A stretch of 64,000 nt of DNA, taken from the NCBI GenBank assembly GCA_963720265.1, contig CAVRET010000002.1:264704-328703 (forward strand), given 5' to 3'. This document shows, piece after piece, positions 1 through 9,338 of this stretch. The notes under the pieces are model-generated. The model was not told the origin of the DNA, did no database searches, and worked only from the letters and a program-made list of their open reading frames with translations. A program made the position numbers and the translations under genes. Source of the DNA: an uncultured bacterium (GTDB taxonomy: Bacteria; Patescibacteriota; Saccharimonadia; UBA4664). Numbering within the stretch: the stretch's first letter is position 1; each line of letters opens with the position of its first letter.

Positions 1-362
1 AGCTCATGGTTATACTCGCACGCCTCACGCCGCAACATCTCATAGTGATGCCCAGTCGATACCCGCTCATCATGATTCAACCGGCCACTGTGGAGTTGCT
101 CGCGGTCTTCATCCAACTGCTGCTGCAAGAGTGCCTGCTCCCTCCCTCCCAGCACCACTCGGGCCAACCGCGCCAGTTCCGGCTGCTCCTCTTCGTCAAC
201 GTAATATTCTTCGGCCGTCCGAATCGCCTCGTTCAGGCCCCATTCTCGCCGCAATTCATCAACAAACGTCAAAATCTCGACGCTTCGGTGCGCAAACGCT
301 TCCGGCTGAAGCGGCTCGGTCGCCATGCGGCTGCGAACTTGCAGGCCGTCTATAGTCTTCAT
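1..362 (-). CDS. Hypothetical protein, runs off the window start (MKTIDGLQVRSRMATEPLQPEAF...)
   Basis: Open frame on the minus strand from ATG at 362 to the window edge; TAGGCT -10-like box 6 nt upstream; Glu/Arg-rich helical sequence. Not in the ORF track because no stop lies in the window. Confidence 0.65.
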   Translation of the reverse strand, partial: MKTIDGLQVRSRMATEPLQPEAFAHRSVEILTFVDELRREWGLNEAIRTAEEYYVDEEEQPELARLARVVLGGREQALLQQQLDEDREQLHSGRLNHDERVSTGHHYEMLRREACEYNHE

Positions 363-383
363 AGCTCAAGCCTAGCATCAAAC

Positions 384-407
384 AAAAATAGAGGCCAATT
401 GCCTCTA
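384..407 (-). terminator. Intrinsic terminator downstream of the 482..946 cassette
   Basis: Minus strand TAGAGGC-aattg-GCCTCTA followed by TTTTT. Confidence 0.7.
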
Positions 408-417
408 AAAACATTCC

Positions 418-452
418 GACCCCGGAAGCGCCATACTGGCGCCCCCGGGGTC
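418..452 (-). repeat. GC-rich hairpin without U-tract after cassette gene 482..946
   Basis: GACCCCGG-aa-GCGCCA-tac-TGGCGC-cc-CCGGGGTC. Confidence 0.8.
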
Positions 453-481
453 ATCGCCGCAGATAGAGCTTACGCCCGGTA

Positions 482-946
482 TCAATTGAGGCTCGAGACA
501 GCGAACCAGCCGAGCACTTCATATCCGGGTATGCCCAGGATCGCTGCCGGTCGCTGCTCCGGATCATGTCCGGTTACAGCAATGATCACAAGCATCCCGC
601 GGCCACTCTCGGCGTCATCCCGCTGCTGCGGCACCTTGAGTTCGGGAGCCTGCGGCTCAGCGCTGGAAACGCCGATCTCCAGGCGCTGCTGATGAGGGCC
701 GAGACGCAAGTCCGGCACAAGACGTACATGCACGACAGCCGTCCATGCTAGCGCCTCCGCGGATCCGTGTTGGACCACATTCGTGAGCAGCTCGGAAACG
801 ACCAGGATTGCATCGGGGCCGAAATCAGCCAGACCCCACCGCTGCAGAGTCTCGGAAACGGCTTGCCGACTCAACCTAATGGCCTCGGGTCGAGGCTGGA
901 ACCCGATCGAAAACTCCTGCATCGTCACCAACGGATTGCTGTTCAT
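482..946 (-). CDS. Streptomyces-type ATP-binding protein / anti-sigma factor (HATPase_c, RsbW-like)
   Basis: Motifs LQRWGL..DAILVVSELLTNVVQHG (N-box) and DDAESGRGM (G-box); SD GAAGGGAGG; promoter TTGCTT-17-TATTAT at 1027..999. Confidence 0.8.
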   Translation of the reverse strand: MNSNPLVTMQEFSIGFQPRPEAIRLSRQAVSETLQRWGLADFGPDAILVVSELLTNVVQHGSAEALAWTAVVHVRLVPDLRLGPHQQRLEIGVSSAEPQAPELKVPQQRDDAESGRGMLVIIAVTGHDPEQRPAAILGIPGYEVLGWFAVSSLN

Positions 947-1053
947 GACGCCCTCCCTTCACGAGGGTCTCGAATAGTTGCAACCACCAACGAAGTACAT
1001 AATACCATGTAAAACATCAAAAAGCAATAACTTGGCCAGAAAGCCGCTACAAA

Positions 1054-1081
1054 AAACAGAGACCCGGCCGGGTCTCTGTTT
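1054..1081 (-). terminator. groEL intrinsic terminator
   Basis: Perfect palindrome AAACAGAGACCCGGCCGGGTCTCTGTTT ending in a T6 run on the minus strand. Confidence 0.85.
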
Positions 1082-1111
1082 CACCTGCACATTTATTTTT
1101 AGAACTGGGGC

Positions 1112-2767
1112 TTAGTAATCCATCCCCATGCCGCCAGGCATGCCGCCACCACCCGACGCCGGCTTGTCCTCCGGCAGCTCAACAATCAGCGAGCCCATGG
1201 TCATAGCCGTGCCCGCAATCGAGACCGCGTTCTGTACCGCCTCGCGCACTACCTTAGCCGGGTCCACAATACCCTTGGACTTCAGGTCAATAAGCGTACC
1301 CGCATCAGTCACGTCAAAGCCTTGGCCGCCTTTACCGGCCAATACCTGGGGCAGCTTTTCGTCCGGATTAAGTCCCGCGTTGCCCATCAGCTCGCGGAAC
1401 GGCTGCACCAGAGCACGTTTCAACACCAGGTGTCCGGCTTCCTCGCTCGAGCCAATCTTGGTCGGCTCCACGGACAATTTCTTGGAGAGATCAACGAGTG
1501 TCACGCCGCCACCAGGCACAATGCCCTCAGCCACCGCCGCCTTGGTCGCGTTCACGGCGTCATCCACGCGGAACTTCTTCTCCTCGATCTCGGTCTCAGT
1601 GGCGCCGCCAACCTTAATCACAGCCACCTTACCGGCCAGCGCCGCTAACCGCTTCTCCAGGTTCTCCTTGTCGTACTCGCTCGAGGCATTTTCAATCTGA
1701 GCACGAATTTCCTTAATCCGACTATCAATATCCTGGAACTTGCCGCGCCCTTCAATGATCGTGGTGTCATCCTTGCCCGCAATAACCTTACGAGCCTCAC
1801 CAAGTACCTCGAGCGTGGCGTTCTCAAAGCTAACGCCTTGCTCATCACTAATCACGGTAGCACCAGTCAACACTGCTATATCCTGCAGGATAGCCTTACG
1901 ACGATCACCAAACGCCGGCGCCTTAATTGCAAGCGTGTTAAACACACCTTTCAGGCGGTTCAGCACGAGCGTCGCCAGCGCTTCACCATCCACGTCCTCG
2001 GCAATAATCACGAGCTCCTTCTTGCCGCTCTGCGCAATTTTCTCAAGCAACGGTAAAATGTCCTGAATACTCGAGATTTTCTTGTCAGTGATCATGATCA
2101 GTGGCTTTTCGTAGCTCGCCTCCATACGGGCCGGGTCAGTCACCATATAGGCGCTCACATACCCGCGGTCGATCTTAAAGCCTTCAACAATTTCTTTCTC
2201 AAGACCCAAGCTCTGCGACTGCTCCACGGTCACCGTGCCGTCCTGGCCGACTGCTTCAATCACATCGGCTATCAGCTCGCCAATTTCCGGATCGCCGGCC
2301 GACACCGTCGCCACCTGGGCTACCTTCTGCCGGTTGCCAACGATCTTCTCAGTCACGCCCTCGACGCCGCCGAGCACGTTCGCCGCTGCCGCATCCAGGC
2401 CCTTCTTCAGGTCCATCGGATTGTGGCCGGCCGCAATCAGTTTGTTGGCCTCGTTCAAGATATGATAGGTCAACACCGTCGCAGTCGTCGTACCATCACC
2501 CACCGTGTCGTTAGTCTTCGAGGCCGCCTGCTTCACCAGCTCGGCGCCCACACCGCGCCCAAGCGTCTCGTCGTCACGCGCCGGAATCTCCACCGCCTTC
2601 GCCACCGTCACGCCGTCATGTGTTACGGTCGGACCGCCGTAGCTCTTACTCACCACCACGTTGCGGCCCTTCGGACCCATCGTTACCCGTACCGCCTCGT
2701 ACAGCTCCTTGGCGCCGGCGAGAACCCGAGCCCGGGCATCGTCATCGTAAAAAATCTTCTTTGCCAT
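1112..2767 (-). CDS. groL: Chaperonin GroEL
   Basis: GPKGRNV, GDGTTTAT, KAPAFGDRRK and GGM C-terminal tail. Confidence 0.99.
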   Translation of the reverse strand: MAKKIFYDDDARARVLAGAKELYEAVRVTMGPKGRNVVVSKSYGGPTVTHDGVTVAKAVEIPARDDETLGRGVGAELVKQAASKTNDTVGDGTTTATVLTYHILNEANKLIAAGHNPMDLKKGLDAAAANVLGGVEGVTEKIVGNRQKVAQVATVSAGDPEIGELIADVIEAVGQDGTVTVEQSQSLGLEKEIVEGFKIDRGYVSAYMVTDPARMEASYEKPLIMITDKKISSIQDILPLLEKIAQSGKKELVIIAEDVDGEALATLVLNRLKGVFNTLAIKAPAFGDRRKAILQDIAVLTGATVISDEQGVSFENATLEVLGEARKVIAGKDDTTIIEGRGKFQDIDSRIKEIRAQIENASSEYDKENLEKRLAALAGKVAVIKVGGATETEIEEKKFRVDDAVNATKAAVAEGIVPGGGVTLVDLSKKLSVEPTKIGSSEEAGHLVLKRALVQPFRELMGNAGLNPDEKLPQVLAGKGGQGFDVTDAGTLIDLKSKGIVDPAKVVREAVQNAVSIAGTAMTMGSLIVELPEDKPASGGGGMPGGMGMDY

Positions 2768-2769
2768 AA

Positions 2770-3033
2770 TTACCCTTTCACCACCGCGAGGACATCTTCC
2801 TCTTTAACAATCAGCAACTCTTCGCTGCCCTGCTTAAACCGGTTTGGGCCATACTCTGAGTGAACGATGTTATCGCCCACCTTCACTTCTTTTACGTCCT
2901 TGCCGACTGCCAACACCTCGGCCACCTGAGTCTTTTCCTTGGCCTGGTCGGGCAGCAGGATTCCGGCCGGACTCGTCGATTCCGCCTCCACCGGCTTGGC
3001 CACAATCCGATCGGCTAATGGTTGTAGTGCCAT
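2770..3033 (-). CDS. groS: Co-chaperonin GroES
   Basis: LQPLADRIV..GILLPDQAKEK..VKVGD; directly upstream of groEL. Confidence 0.98.
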   Translation of the reverse strand: MALQPLADRIVAKPVEAESTSPAGILLPDQAKEKTQVAEVLAVGKDVKEVKVGDNIVHSEYGPNRFKQGSEELLIVKEEDVLAVVKG

Positions 3034-3090
3034 AGCGTTCTCCTCATTACTTCAACAACATGCCGCCATTACCCGCGGCTTTAGCTTATT

Positions 3091-3117
3091 TTAGCACTCA
3101 TTACTCATGAGTGCCAA
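3091..3117 (-). promoter_or_regulatory. CIRCE (HrcA operator) overlapping the groESL promoter
   Basis: TTAGCACTC-N9-GAGTGCCAA, one mismatch to consensus; the minus strand also reads TTGGCA...TAAAAT. Confidence 0.93.
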
Positions 3118-3261
3118 GTATCCCCCAACGGCAAGCGTAGCTTTATGGTTTTTCCCAGTCAAGAGCCAAGGCAGCGAATCGCCCGTTTCCTCAAGCTCCA
3201 AACTATGCTACAAATGCGAAACGCCTGAAGCATCACAGTCCCTAGAGGAAGGATACCTATA

Positions 3262-3642
3262 ATGTCGCCCGAATTGCCGGCAGATGTAATGGCAGTACTG
3301 GATACGGTCGTACGCGGAATGAGGGACCGCGGCGCGGTCATCGTTGACCTCAGCACCATCGACTCGGGCTTCTTTTCGGCCCACAACAGCACCATCTTCG
3401 GCTATCTGCAGGAGCGCCTGCGCGCCATAAGTAATAACGAACTGGAGCTGTGCTACGCCGAACCCAGATTGTTCGCTACAACAATACCGGGAGATGCGTT
3501 GTATCTCGCAGTTTGCCCGTCGTCATTCGCCATGCGTGCGCAAATCACGAAGCCGGACGAGGGTGTCACGCTCTACCTCGTCGGTCCCTATCGGGACGGT
3601 TGTCGGCTCAACGGAATCCGGCAACAACCGCCGCCCCGCTGA
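3262..3642 (+). CDS. Orphan cassette protein, 126 aa
   Basis: Fills the groES-pmm gap; SD GAGGAAGGA; followed by a 12-bp hairpin at 3663..3697. Confidence 0.65.
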   Translation: MSPELPADVMAVLDTVVRGMRDRGAVIVDLSTIDSGFFSAHNSTIFGYLQERLRAISNNELELCYAEPRLFATTIPGDALYLAVCPSSFAMRAQITKPDEGVTLYLVGPYRDGCRLNGIRQQPPPR

Positions 3643-3662
3643 GCCGCTTTGGCCAGCGCCGT

Positions 3663-3697
3663 GAGCAAGGTCCGAGCCCAACCGCCGGACCTTGCTC
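3663..3697 (+). repeat. GC-rich hairpin with GCCCAACCGC in the loop
   Basis: GAGCAAGGTCCG-agcccaaccgc-CGGACCTTGCTC. Confidence 0.8.
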
Positions 3698-3776
3698 GCT
3701 TGTCACGCCGGAGTCAGCATCGATGCCAAATTGTCGTATGTATCTGAAATTACGCCGATTTTCACCCTACACCACA

Positions 3777-5222
3777 CTACGACGGCGCATTATCGTCCGA
3801 CAGCACATGCACGTTAGCACTAATCTTCGAACGCCAGTCAACCTCATGGAAACCATGCAGCAGCTTCGACAGATAGTTCTTCAATTCGTCATATTCCGCC
3901 TGCGTCTTACCCTCGAGCTTAAGCCCCAGATACGGCCCGTTTTGAGAGTACCGGATCACAAACATCGACTCCGGCAAATCCAGCCGTACCCCGTCGCCGG
4001 CCCGCTCGTCGTCCACCACTTCGGCCTGCGGAAAATCACGGCGCACAATCTGGCCTAGCTTCTCTACCAGTGCCACCTTTTTATCATCCGCGCAGCTCAA
4101 TTTCACCTCCGGGCTCGAGATGTACTGCGGCAGCTCCGCCACCACCTGCGACAACGTCTTGTCCGTCTCCGCCAGATAGTGCAACAGCCGCATCGTCGAG
4201 TACAAACCGTCATCGTGGTTGTGGAAGTCTGCCGAAAAAAAGAAGTGGCCGGACAGCTCACCAATAAACGCTGCTTTCACCTCTTGATTCTTCTTTTTCA
4301 AAAACGAATGTCCGACGCGCCACATAAACGGTTTGCCACCGTGCGCCACAATTGTCTCCGGCACGGCCTTAGAGCAAAACACGTTATACATGATGGTCGC
4401 GCCCGGATGCTGGCTCAGTACATCAGCCGCAAAAATCGCCACCAGCACATCATTCCAAATAAGGCCGCCGCGCTCGTCCACGATCCCTATCCGGTCGCCG
4501 TCAGCGTCGTAGGTAAAGCCCACGTCGGCGCCTGTTTTCAGAACCTCAAGCCGCACCCGGTTAAGCACGTTCTCTTCGGTTGGGTCAGCAATCCCCAACG
4601 GAAAACTGGGATCCACCGTGGTGTTAAACTCAAACACTTCGCAACCCGCCTGTCGCAACAGGTCCGGTGCCAGCGCCCCGGCCGTTGTGCAGCTTGGGTC
4701 AACCACCACCTTGAGCTTGCGTGAAAGCTTCACCCTCCTGGTTAGGTCGTCAAAATAGGCCTGCCGAATATCCTGCTCACTGTGGCCCGCCGGCGTCTCT
4801 GCCAGATCATAGTCCTCGGTTTCCACCATGCGCCGCATTTCCTGGATCCCGTCGGTCACCAGCGTCTCCGAGTAATCATCAGCAAACTTGAAGCCGTTAA
4901 ACTCCGGGGGGTTGTGCGATGCGCTCACAAACACCCCACCCGGCCGCTTGAGATAATACTGCGACCAATAAAACGTCCCCACCAGCGTCATGCCAATGTC
5001 TACCACGTCCACGCCGGCCTCGCCCAAGCCAAGTATCAGCTCACGGCTATACTCAGGACTCGTCGCCCGCGAATCATGCCCTACCACGGCTTCGCGAATC
5101 CCTTTGCGTGTCAGATACGTTCCAAACGCCCTACCTAAATGCCTAGCCAGTTCTGGGCTGAGGTCTGCACCAACCAGCCCGCGTAGATCATAACCACGAA
5201 AAATTTGCGGATTAACCTTCAC
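3777..5222 (-). CDS. Phosphomannomutase/phosphoglucomutase
   Basis: IFRGYDLRG, SASHNP phosphoserine loop, DADGDR metal loop, GELSGH. Confidence 0.95.
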   Translation of the reverse strand: MKVNPQIFRGYDLRGLVGADLSPELARHLGRAFGTYLTRKGIREAVVGHDSRATSPEYSRELILGLGEAGVDVVDIGMTLVGTFYWSQYYLKRPGGVFVSASHNPPEFNGFKFADDYSETLVTDGIQEMRRMVETEDYDLAETPAGHSEQDIRQAYFDDLTRRVKLSRKLKVVVDPSCTTAGALAPDLLRQAGCEVFEFNTTVDPSFPLGIADPTEENVLNRVRLEVLKTGADVGFTYDADGDRIGIVDERGGLIWNDVLVAIFAADVLSQHPGATIMYNVFCSKAVPETIVAHGGKPFMWRVGHSFLKKKNQEVKAAFIGELSGHFFFSADFHNHDDGLYSTMRLLHYLAETDKTLSQVVAELPQYISSPEVKLSCADDKKVALVEKLGQIVRRDFPQAEVVDDERAGDGVRLDLPESMFVIRYSQNGPYLGLKLEGKTQAEYDELKNYLSKLLHGFHEVDWRSKISANVHVLSDDNAPS

Positions 5223-5270
5223 TCCAGTCCTTCCGAAACTTACTTAGTTTTCAGTGTAGCATCACACACA

Positions 5271-5300
5271 GATCCCCCGGGGCCATGGCCCCGGGGGATC
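5271..5300. repeat. Perfect 30-bp palindrome after cassette gene 5325..5696
   Basis: GATCCCCCGGGGCCATGGCCCCGGGGGATC equals its own reverse complement. Confidence 0.95.
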
Positions 5301-5324
5301 GGCTTTTCACGAGTTACGAAGCAC

Positions 5325-5696
5325 CTACGGCACAAGGTAGCCGGCACCCCGCAGCGCGTTCGCGAAGCGGTTGTACACTACCGCCGCCAGGTCTGGGTCG
5401 ATGCTCCGTTCCGTTGAACCCGAGGGAAGGTCACTTGCCGGACGGCGGATCACCATGGTTGTCGGCGCTACCCAGGCAGCCTCCAGGCCGTATTCACGCA
5501 GTACGCCAGACATAAGATTGAGGAAGCGCCGCCTGGTACGGCCAAGTTCCACATCACCTCCCTCGGGATATCGGTAGAGCCGCACGGTCACCCAGAAGGC
5601 TGAGGGGATTGGCTGCATCTGCCTATTAAGTGGACGCGCGGTCCTCAGCTCTACGCCGATCACTGGGGCGGCGTCCACTTGTTGCGGTCTACTCAA
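5325..5696 (-). CDS. Orphan cassette protein (MSRPQQVDAAP...), 123 aa
   Basis: TTG at 5696 preceded by GGAGG-aacc; promoter TTGACT-17-TAGTTT at 5770..5742; palindrome downstream. Confidence 0.65.
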   Translation of the reverse strand: MSRPQQVDAAPVIGVELRTARPLNRQMQPIPSAFWVTVRLYRYPEGGDVELGRTRRRFLNLMSGVLREYGLEAAWVAPTTMVIRRPASDLPSGSTERSIDPDLAAVVYNRFANALRGAGYLVP

Positions 5697-5794
5697 GGTT
5701 CCTCCAAGGTTGGTGAGCAAGTAGACTTCTGGGACTCGCGAAAACTACCAGGAAAGCGAATAAGAGTCAATTACGCATGGTACCATGACGCCAT

Positions 5795-6316
5795 ATGATC
5801 GAAATCATCTTCGTAGCCCATTCGCAAACCACCGACAACGCCGAGGGTATCGCGTCCGGCTGGAACGACCCTGACCTTACCCCGAAAGGTATCGCCGATG
5901 CACGGGCCGTCGGGCAACTCTTAGCTAAGAAACAAATTGACGCGGCTTTCGCTTCGAACCAGGTGCGCGCCGTCCACACCGCCCGGTACGCACTTGAGGG
6001 CCGCAATCTCGCGATCAAGCAGGATTCTCGGCTGCGTGACGTAAACTTTGGTAACCTTACCGGCCGCCCGCGTACAGAAATCCGCCCCATCAAGGCCGGC
6101 TTCATCAAACAGCCCTATCCAAACGGCGAGAGCTACCAGGATGTGCTGAATCGTTACCAGGCATTCCTAAACGAGCTGAGGCACTCTTACGCAGGCCAAA
6201 CTGTTCTCCTTTGTGCTAGCGGAGTCTTCCCCTTAGAGGCCCTCATCAACGGCCGCGGTCTGGCGGAGGTGCTGTCAGATAAAGTCCCCACCTACCGCAC
6301 CTTCCGCCTGCTATAA
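5795..6316 (+). CDS. Histidine phosphatase (phosphoglycerate mutase) family protein
   Basis: FVAHSQTTDN..GW.D.DLT..G; RLRDVNFG; PNGES. The RHG motif is degenerate (AHS). Confidence 0.8.
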   Translation: MIEIIFVAHSQTTDNAEGIASGWNDPDLTPKGIADARAVGQLLAKKQIDAAFASNQVRAVHTARYALEGRNLAIKQDSRLRDVNFGNLTGRPRTEIRPIKAGFIKQPYPNGESYQDVLNRYQAFLNELRHSYAGQTVLLCASGVFPLEALINGRGLAEVLSDKVPTYRTFRLL

Positions 6317-6325
6317 TCAAACCCT

Positions 6326-7267
6326 ATGGCCAAGTCGACTCCCGTATCACTCATTGGCGTGCCGCTCGACCTCGGCGCCAAAAACCTCGGCGTCGACATG
6401 GGTCCTGATGCCTTCCGCTACGCCGGCGTTATCGAAAAACTGGCCGGCGCCGGCCTCGACCTTCACGACCAAGGTACGATCGAGGTCGCCGACCGCTCAA
6501 GCCTCGAGCCCGGCAACCCGCACTTGCGTTACGCCAAAGAAATAATGCGCGTCTCAAATGAATCCGCTGAGTTCGCCGAAAAGCATATCCGGGCCGGCCG
6601 ACGCGTTGTTGGCCTCGGCGGCGACCACTCCATGACGCTCGGCCTTGTTTCCGGGATTTCGACTGCGTTAGCAGGCGACCTCGGCCTCATCTATCTCGAC
6701 GCCCACGGAGACATGAACACCGACATCACCACGCTGAGCGGAAATATTCACGGCATGCATCTCGCTTCACTCATTGGGTTTGGCACACCTGAGCTGGTGC
6801 AGGTTCATACCAAAAAAACCAAGATCGCGGGGCAAAATCTCCTTCACATCGGCGGCAGCGACTTCGACCCGGCAGAACTTGAGCTTATAAGTCGCGAGCA
6901 TCTCGCCGCCTTCACACTGATGGATTTGCTAAGATCCGGCCTGGCTCCACTGTTTGACCGCATTGACGAGCTCGCGGCCCGCGTCTCCAATTTCTACGTT
7001 TCACTCGACCTTGATGTTATCGACCAAATTTATGCCCCCGGCGCCGGTATGCCCAACGCCAAAGGCCTCACCTACCGCGAGATCGCTACCATCGCCGAGT
7101 ATATCGGTGCACGCTGCCACGTCGTGGGGGTCGACGTCGTCGAGTACAACCCGCTCCAAGACGACCACGGTAAAACTGCCGAGCTGGGCATTGAGCTCAT
7201 CGCCAAGTTCCTCGGCACCAATTATTCCTGGTACACCAACTACATGGCGCGCAACCAAGTCGGCTAA
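6326..7267 (+). CDS. rocF: Arginase
   Basis: GGDHS, DAHGD, SGNIHGM, SLDLD and VEYNP motifs. Confidence 0.93.
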   Translation: MAKSTPVSLIGVPLDLGAKNLGVDMGPDAFRYAGVIEKLAGAGLDLHDQGTIEVADRSSLEPGNPHLRYAKEIMRVSNESAEFAEKHIRAGRRVVGLGGDHSMTLGLVSGISTALAGDLGLIYLDAHGDMNTDITTLSGNIHGMHLASLIGFGTPELVQVHTKKTKIAGQNLLHIGGSDFDPAELELISREHLAAFTLMDLLRSGLAPLFDRIDELAARVSNFYVSLDLDVIDQIYAPGAGMPNAKGLTYREIATIAEYIGARCHVVGVDVVEYNPLQDDHGKTAELGIELIAKFLGTNYSWYTNYMARNQVG

Positions 7268-7276
7268 AAAGCCACT

Positions 7277-8599
7277 TTAAGCTGTCCGCCCCTGCCTCTC
7301 CAACACCGCTGCCCTTGCTGTGCCCGGCTCGTCCCACGGTTCCTCGCCGCCAGCCTCGCGCTCAATCGTCTTCTCGTGCCCTTTACCCAAAAACAGTACC
7401 GCATCGCCTGCCTGCGCCAAGCTTACACCATACTTCATTGCCTCAGTCCGGTCATGAATGAGCCACAAATCCTTATTCCGGACCTTGCCGGCCCGCTCCG
7501 CCCCTTCGGCAATCTGTTCCATAATATGCTGGCCATCCTCGCCCCGATCGTCCTCTTCCGTCACCACCACAAGATCCGCATATTCGCCCGCCAGCTTTCC
7601 TTGCAACGGCCGCTTCGCCACGTCCCCGGTCCGCCCCTGCGAGCCGAAAACCACGATCAGCCGCCCCTTCACAGTCGGCTTCATATCCCTAAACAACTTC
7701 TCAAAGCTATCCGGCGAGTGCGCATAATCCACGATTGCGGCAAAATCCTGTCCCTCATCAATCCGTGTCATCCTACCTTCCACGTTCTTCAGTGCTGCAA
7801 TCCCGTGTTCAACCTGCTCATCCGTTAGCCCCAACACCAGCCCAACCCCGGCCGCCGCCAAGCTATTCTCGATATTAAAGCTCCCCGGCAACGCCGTAGA
7901 AACGTGTAGCCTCCGTTCGCCGTAGCGCAAGTCATAATCATTGCCGGCAGGTGTGCTCTGCACGTTGGTCGCCACCAGATCAACTTGATCCTGCTTGAGG
8001 CTGTACTGCACCGCTTTGGGCACTGCGGCCGCAAAGTACGGCGCACTCGGGTCATCGGCATTCACGACCCCGGTTCTCAGCCCACGCTGGTTAGCCGCCG
8101 CCAGTCGAAATAGCTTCACCTTGGCATCACGATACCGCTCAAATGTCCGGTGGTACTCCAGGTGCTCATGCGTCAAATTGGTCATCACGGCCACACTGTA
8201 CGGAATCCCCCATACCCGGTTTTGCGCCAACGCGTGGCTCGTCGTCTCAAGTATCAGCCACTCGATCCCGCTCTCCTTACGCATCTGCTTAATCCGTTCC
8301 AGCAACACTTTCGTGCCCGACGTCGTCATATGCGTCATTTGCTCATGCAAATGGTCACCCGCCCCATAGGCGACCGTACTCATCAGCCCCACCTTGTAAC
8401 CCGCCTCGCGCAGCATCGTGTAAATCATAAAGCTCGTAGTCGTCTTACCGTTCGTGCCGGTCACACCGATGACCTTGAGTCTCCGGGCCGGAAACCCAAA
8501 CCGCACCTGCCACATCACCGCCTCAAGCAAATGGCCGGTAGGTTCGATCGTCCGAAACAAATCCTGCGGAATCAGGGCCTTCACCAGCTTGCGAAACAT
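7277..8599 (-). CDS. murE: UDP-MurNAc-tripeptide synthetase (MurE)
   Basis: GVTGTNGKTTT, ETTSHAL, NLTHEHLEYH, VDYAHSPD, GKGHE; the DNPR position reads EDDR. Confidence 0.92.
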   Translation of the reverse strand: MFRKLVKALIPQDLFRTIEPTGHLLEAVMWQVRFGFPARRLKVIGVTGTNGKTTTSFMIYTMLREAGYKVGLMSTVAYGAGDHLHEQMTHMTTSGTKVLLERIKQMRKESGIEWLILETTSHALAQNRVWGIPYSVAVMTNLTHEHLEYHRTFERYRDAKVKLFRLAAANQRGLRTGVVNADDPSAPYFAAAVPKAVQYSLKQDQVDLVATNVQSTPAGNDYDLRYGERRLHVSTALPGSFNIENSLAAAGVGLVLGLTDEQVEHGIAALKNVEGRMTRIDEGQDFAAIVDYAHSPDSFEKLFRDMKPTVKGRLIVVFGSQGRTGDVAKRPLQGKLAGEYADLVVVTEEDDRGEDGQHIMEQIAEGAERAGKVRNKDLWLIHDRTEAMKYGVSLAQAGDAVLFLGKGHEKTIEREAGGEEPWDEPGTARAAVLERQGRTA

Positions 8600-8669
8600 C
8601 CGGGCTCCTCAGTTACCACTCAAGTATGCCACAACCAATCAGCGACTACGCCAGGGTCGGAAACTGAGA

Positions 8670-9338
8670 TTAAGCGGGTGGGCGTGTTTTCGGCCCCAGC
8701 CGCTCCGCTCGGCCGTAGCCACGCTCGGTCAAAAATTCATACGCCTCCCAGACCTCGGTGGGTATATCCTGTTCAATCTGAAATCCTTTCGCCGGGTACT
8801 CACGGATCCGCCACAAATCACCCACCAATGCGTTCTCAATGACCCGCCGTTCGGTGCCACCGTGTTCCATCCACTCTGCGATCTCAACCGGCGGCGACGT
8901 CATAATCAGTTCACGCTCCGGCCACCATTTCGCAAGCGTCGCAAACGCCCGCCGCTCCATGTAGGGCTGAGTTGCCACGATCACAGTCTTTGGATCCAAG
9001 CCCTGTTGCTTCCATAATTCACCCGCCAAATATGCGTTCTCACCGGTATTATTCGACCGGTCCTCAATCAGGATCTTGTCCACCGGCACACCGCGCCGCC
9101 TCATGATATCCGCGAACACTTGCGCTTCCGGCCGGTCCCAGTTGCCGGTCACATCGCTTTTGTCTCCGCCGCCGGACGCTGTAATGAGTGGCGCCCACCC
9201 GTCTAAAAATAACCCAGCCGCCCATTCCGGCACGCGTGTATCGTAACTGCCAAGTACCAAGAGCATATCGGCCGGTCTCAGTCCCTGGGCCATATGCATG
9301 TAAGTCCAAATCCGCTTAAACGCGCGCTCTTCGGTCAT
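8670..9338 (-). CDS. YdcF/DUF218 family protein
   Basis: LVLGS, SGG, EA..FA, IEDRSNNTGEN, PYMERRA. Confidence 0.88.
   Translation of the reverse strand: MTEERAFKRIWTYMHMAQGLRPADMLLVLGSYDTRVPEWAAGLFLDGWAPLITASGGGDKSDVTGNWDRPEAQVFADIMRRRGVPVDKILIEDRSNNTGENAYLAGELWKQQGLDPKTVIVATQPYMERRAFATLAKWWPERELIMTSPPVEIAEWMEHGGTERRVIENALVGDLWRIREYPAKGFQIEQDIPTEVWEAYEFLTERGYGRAERLGPKTRPPA

Noticed and set aside
6-692. 228-aa plus-strand ORF
   Set aside because: Antisense shadow of the two minus-strand genes; it crosses their terminator hairpins.
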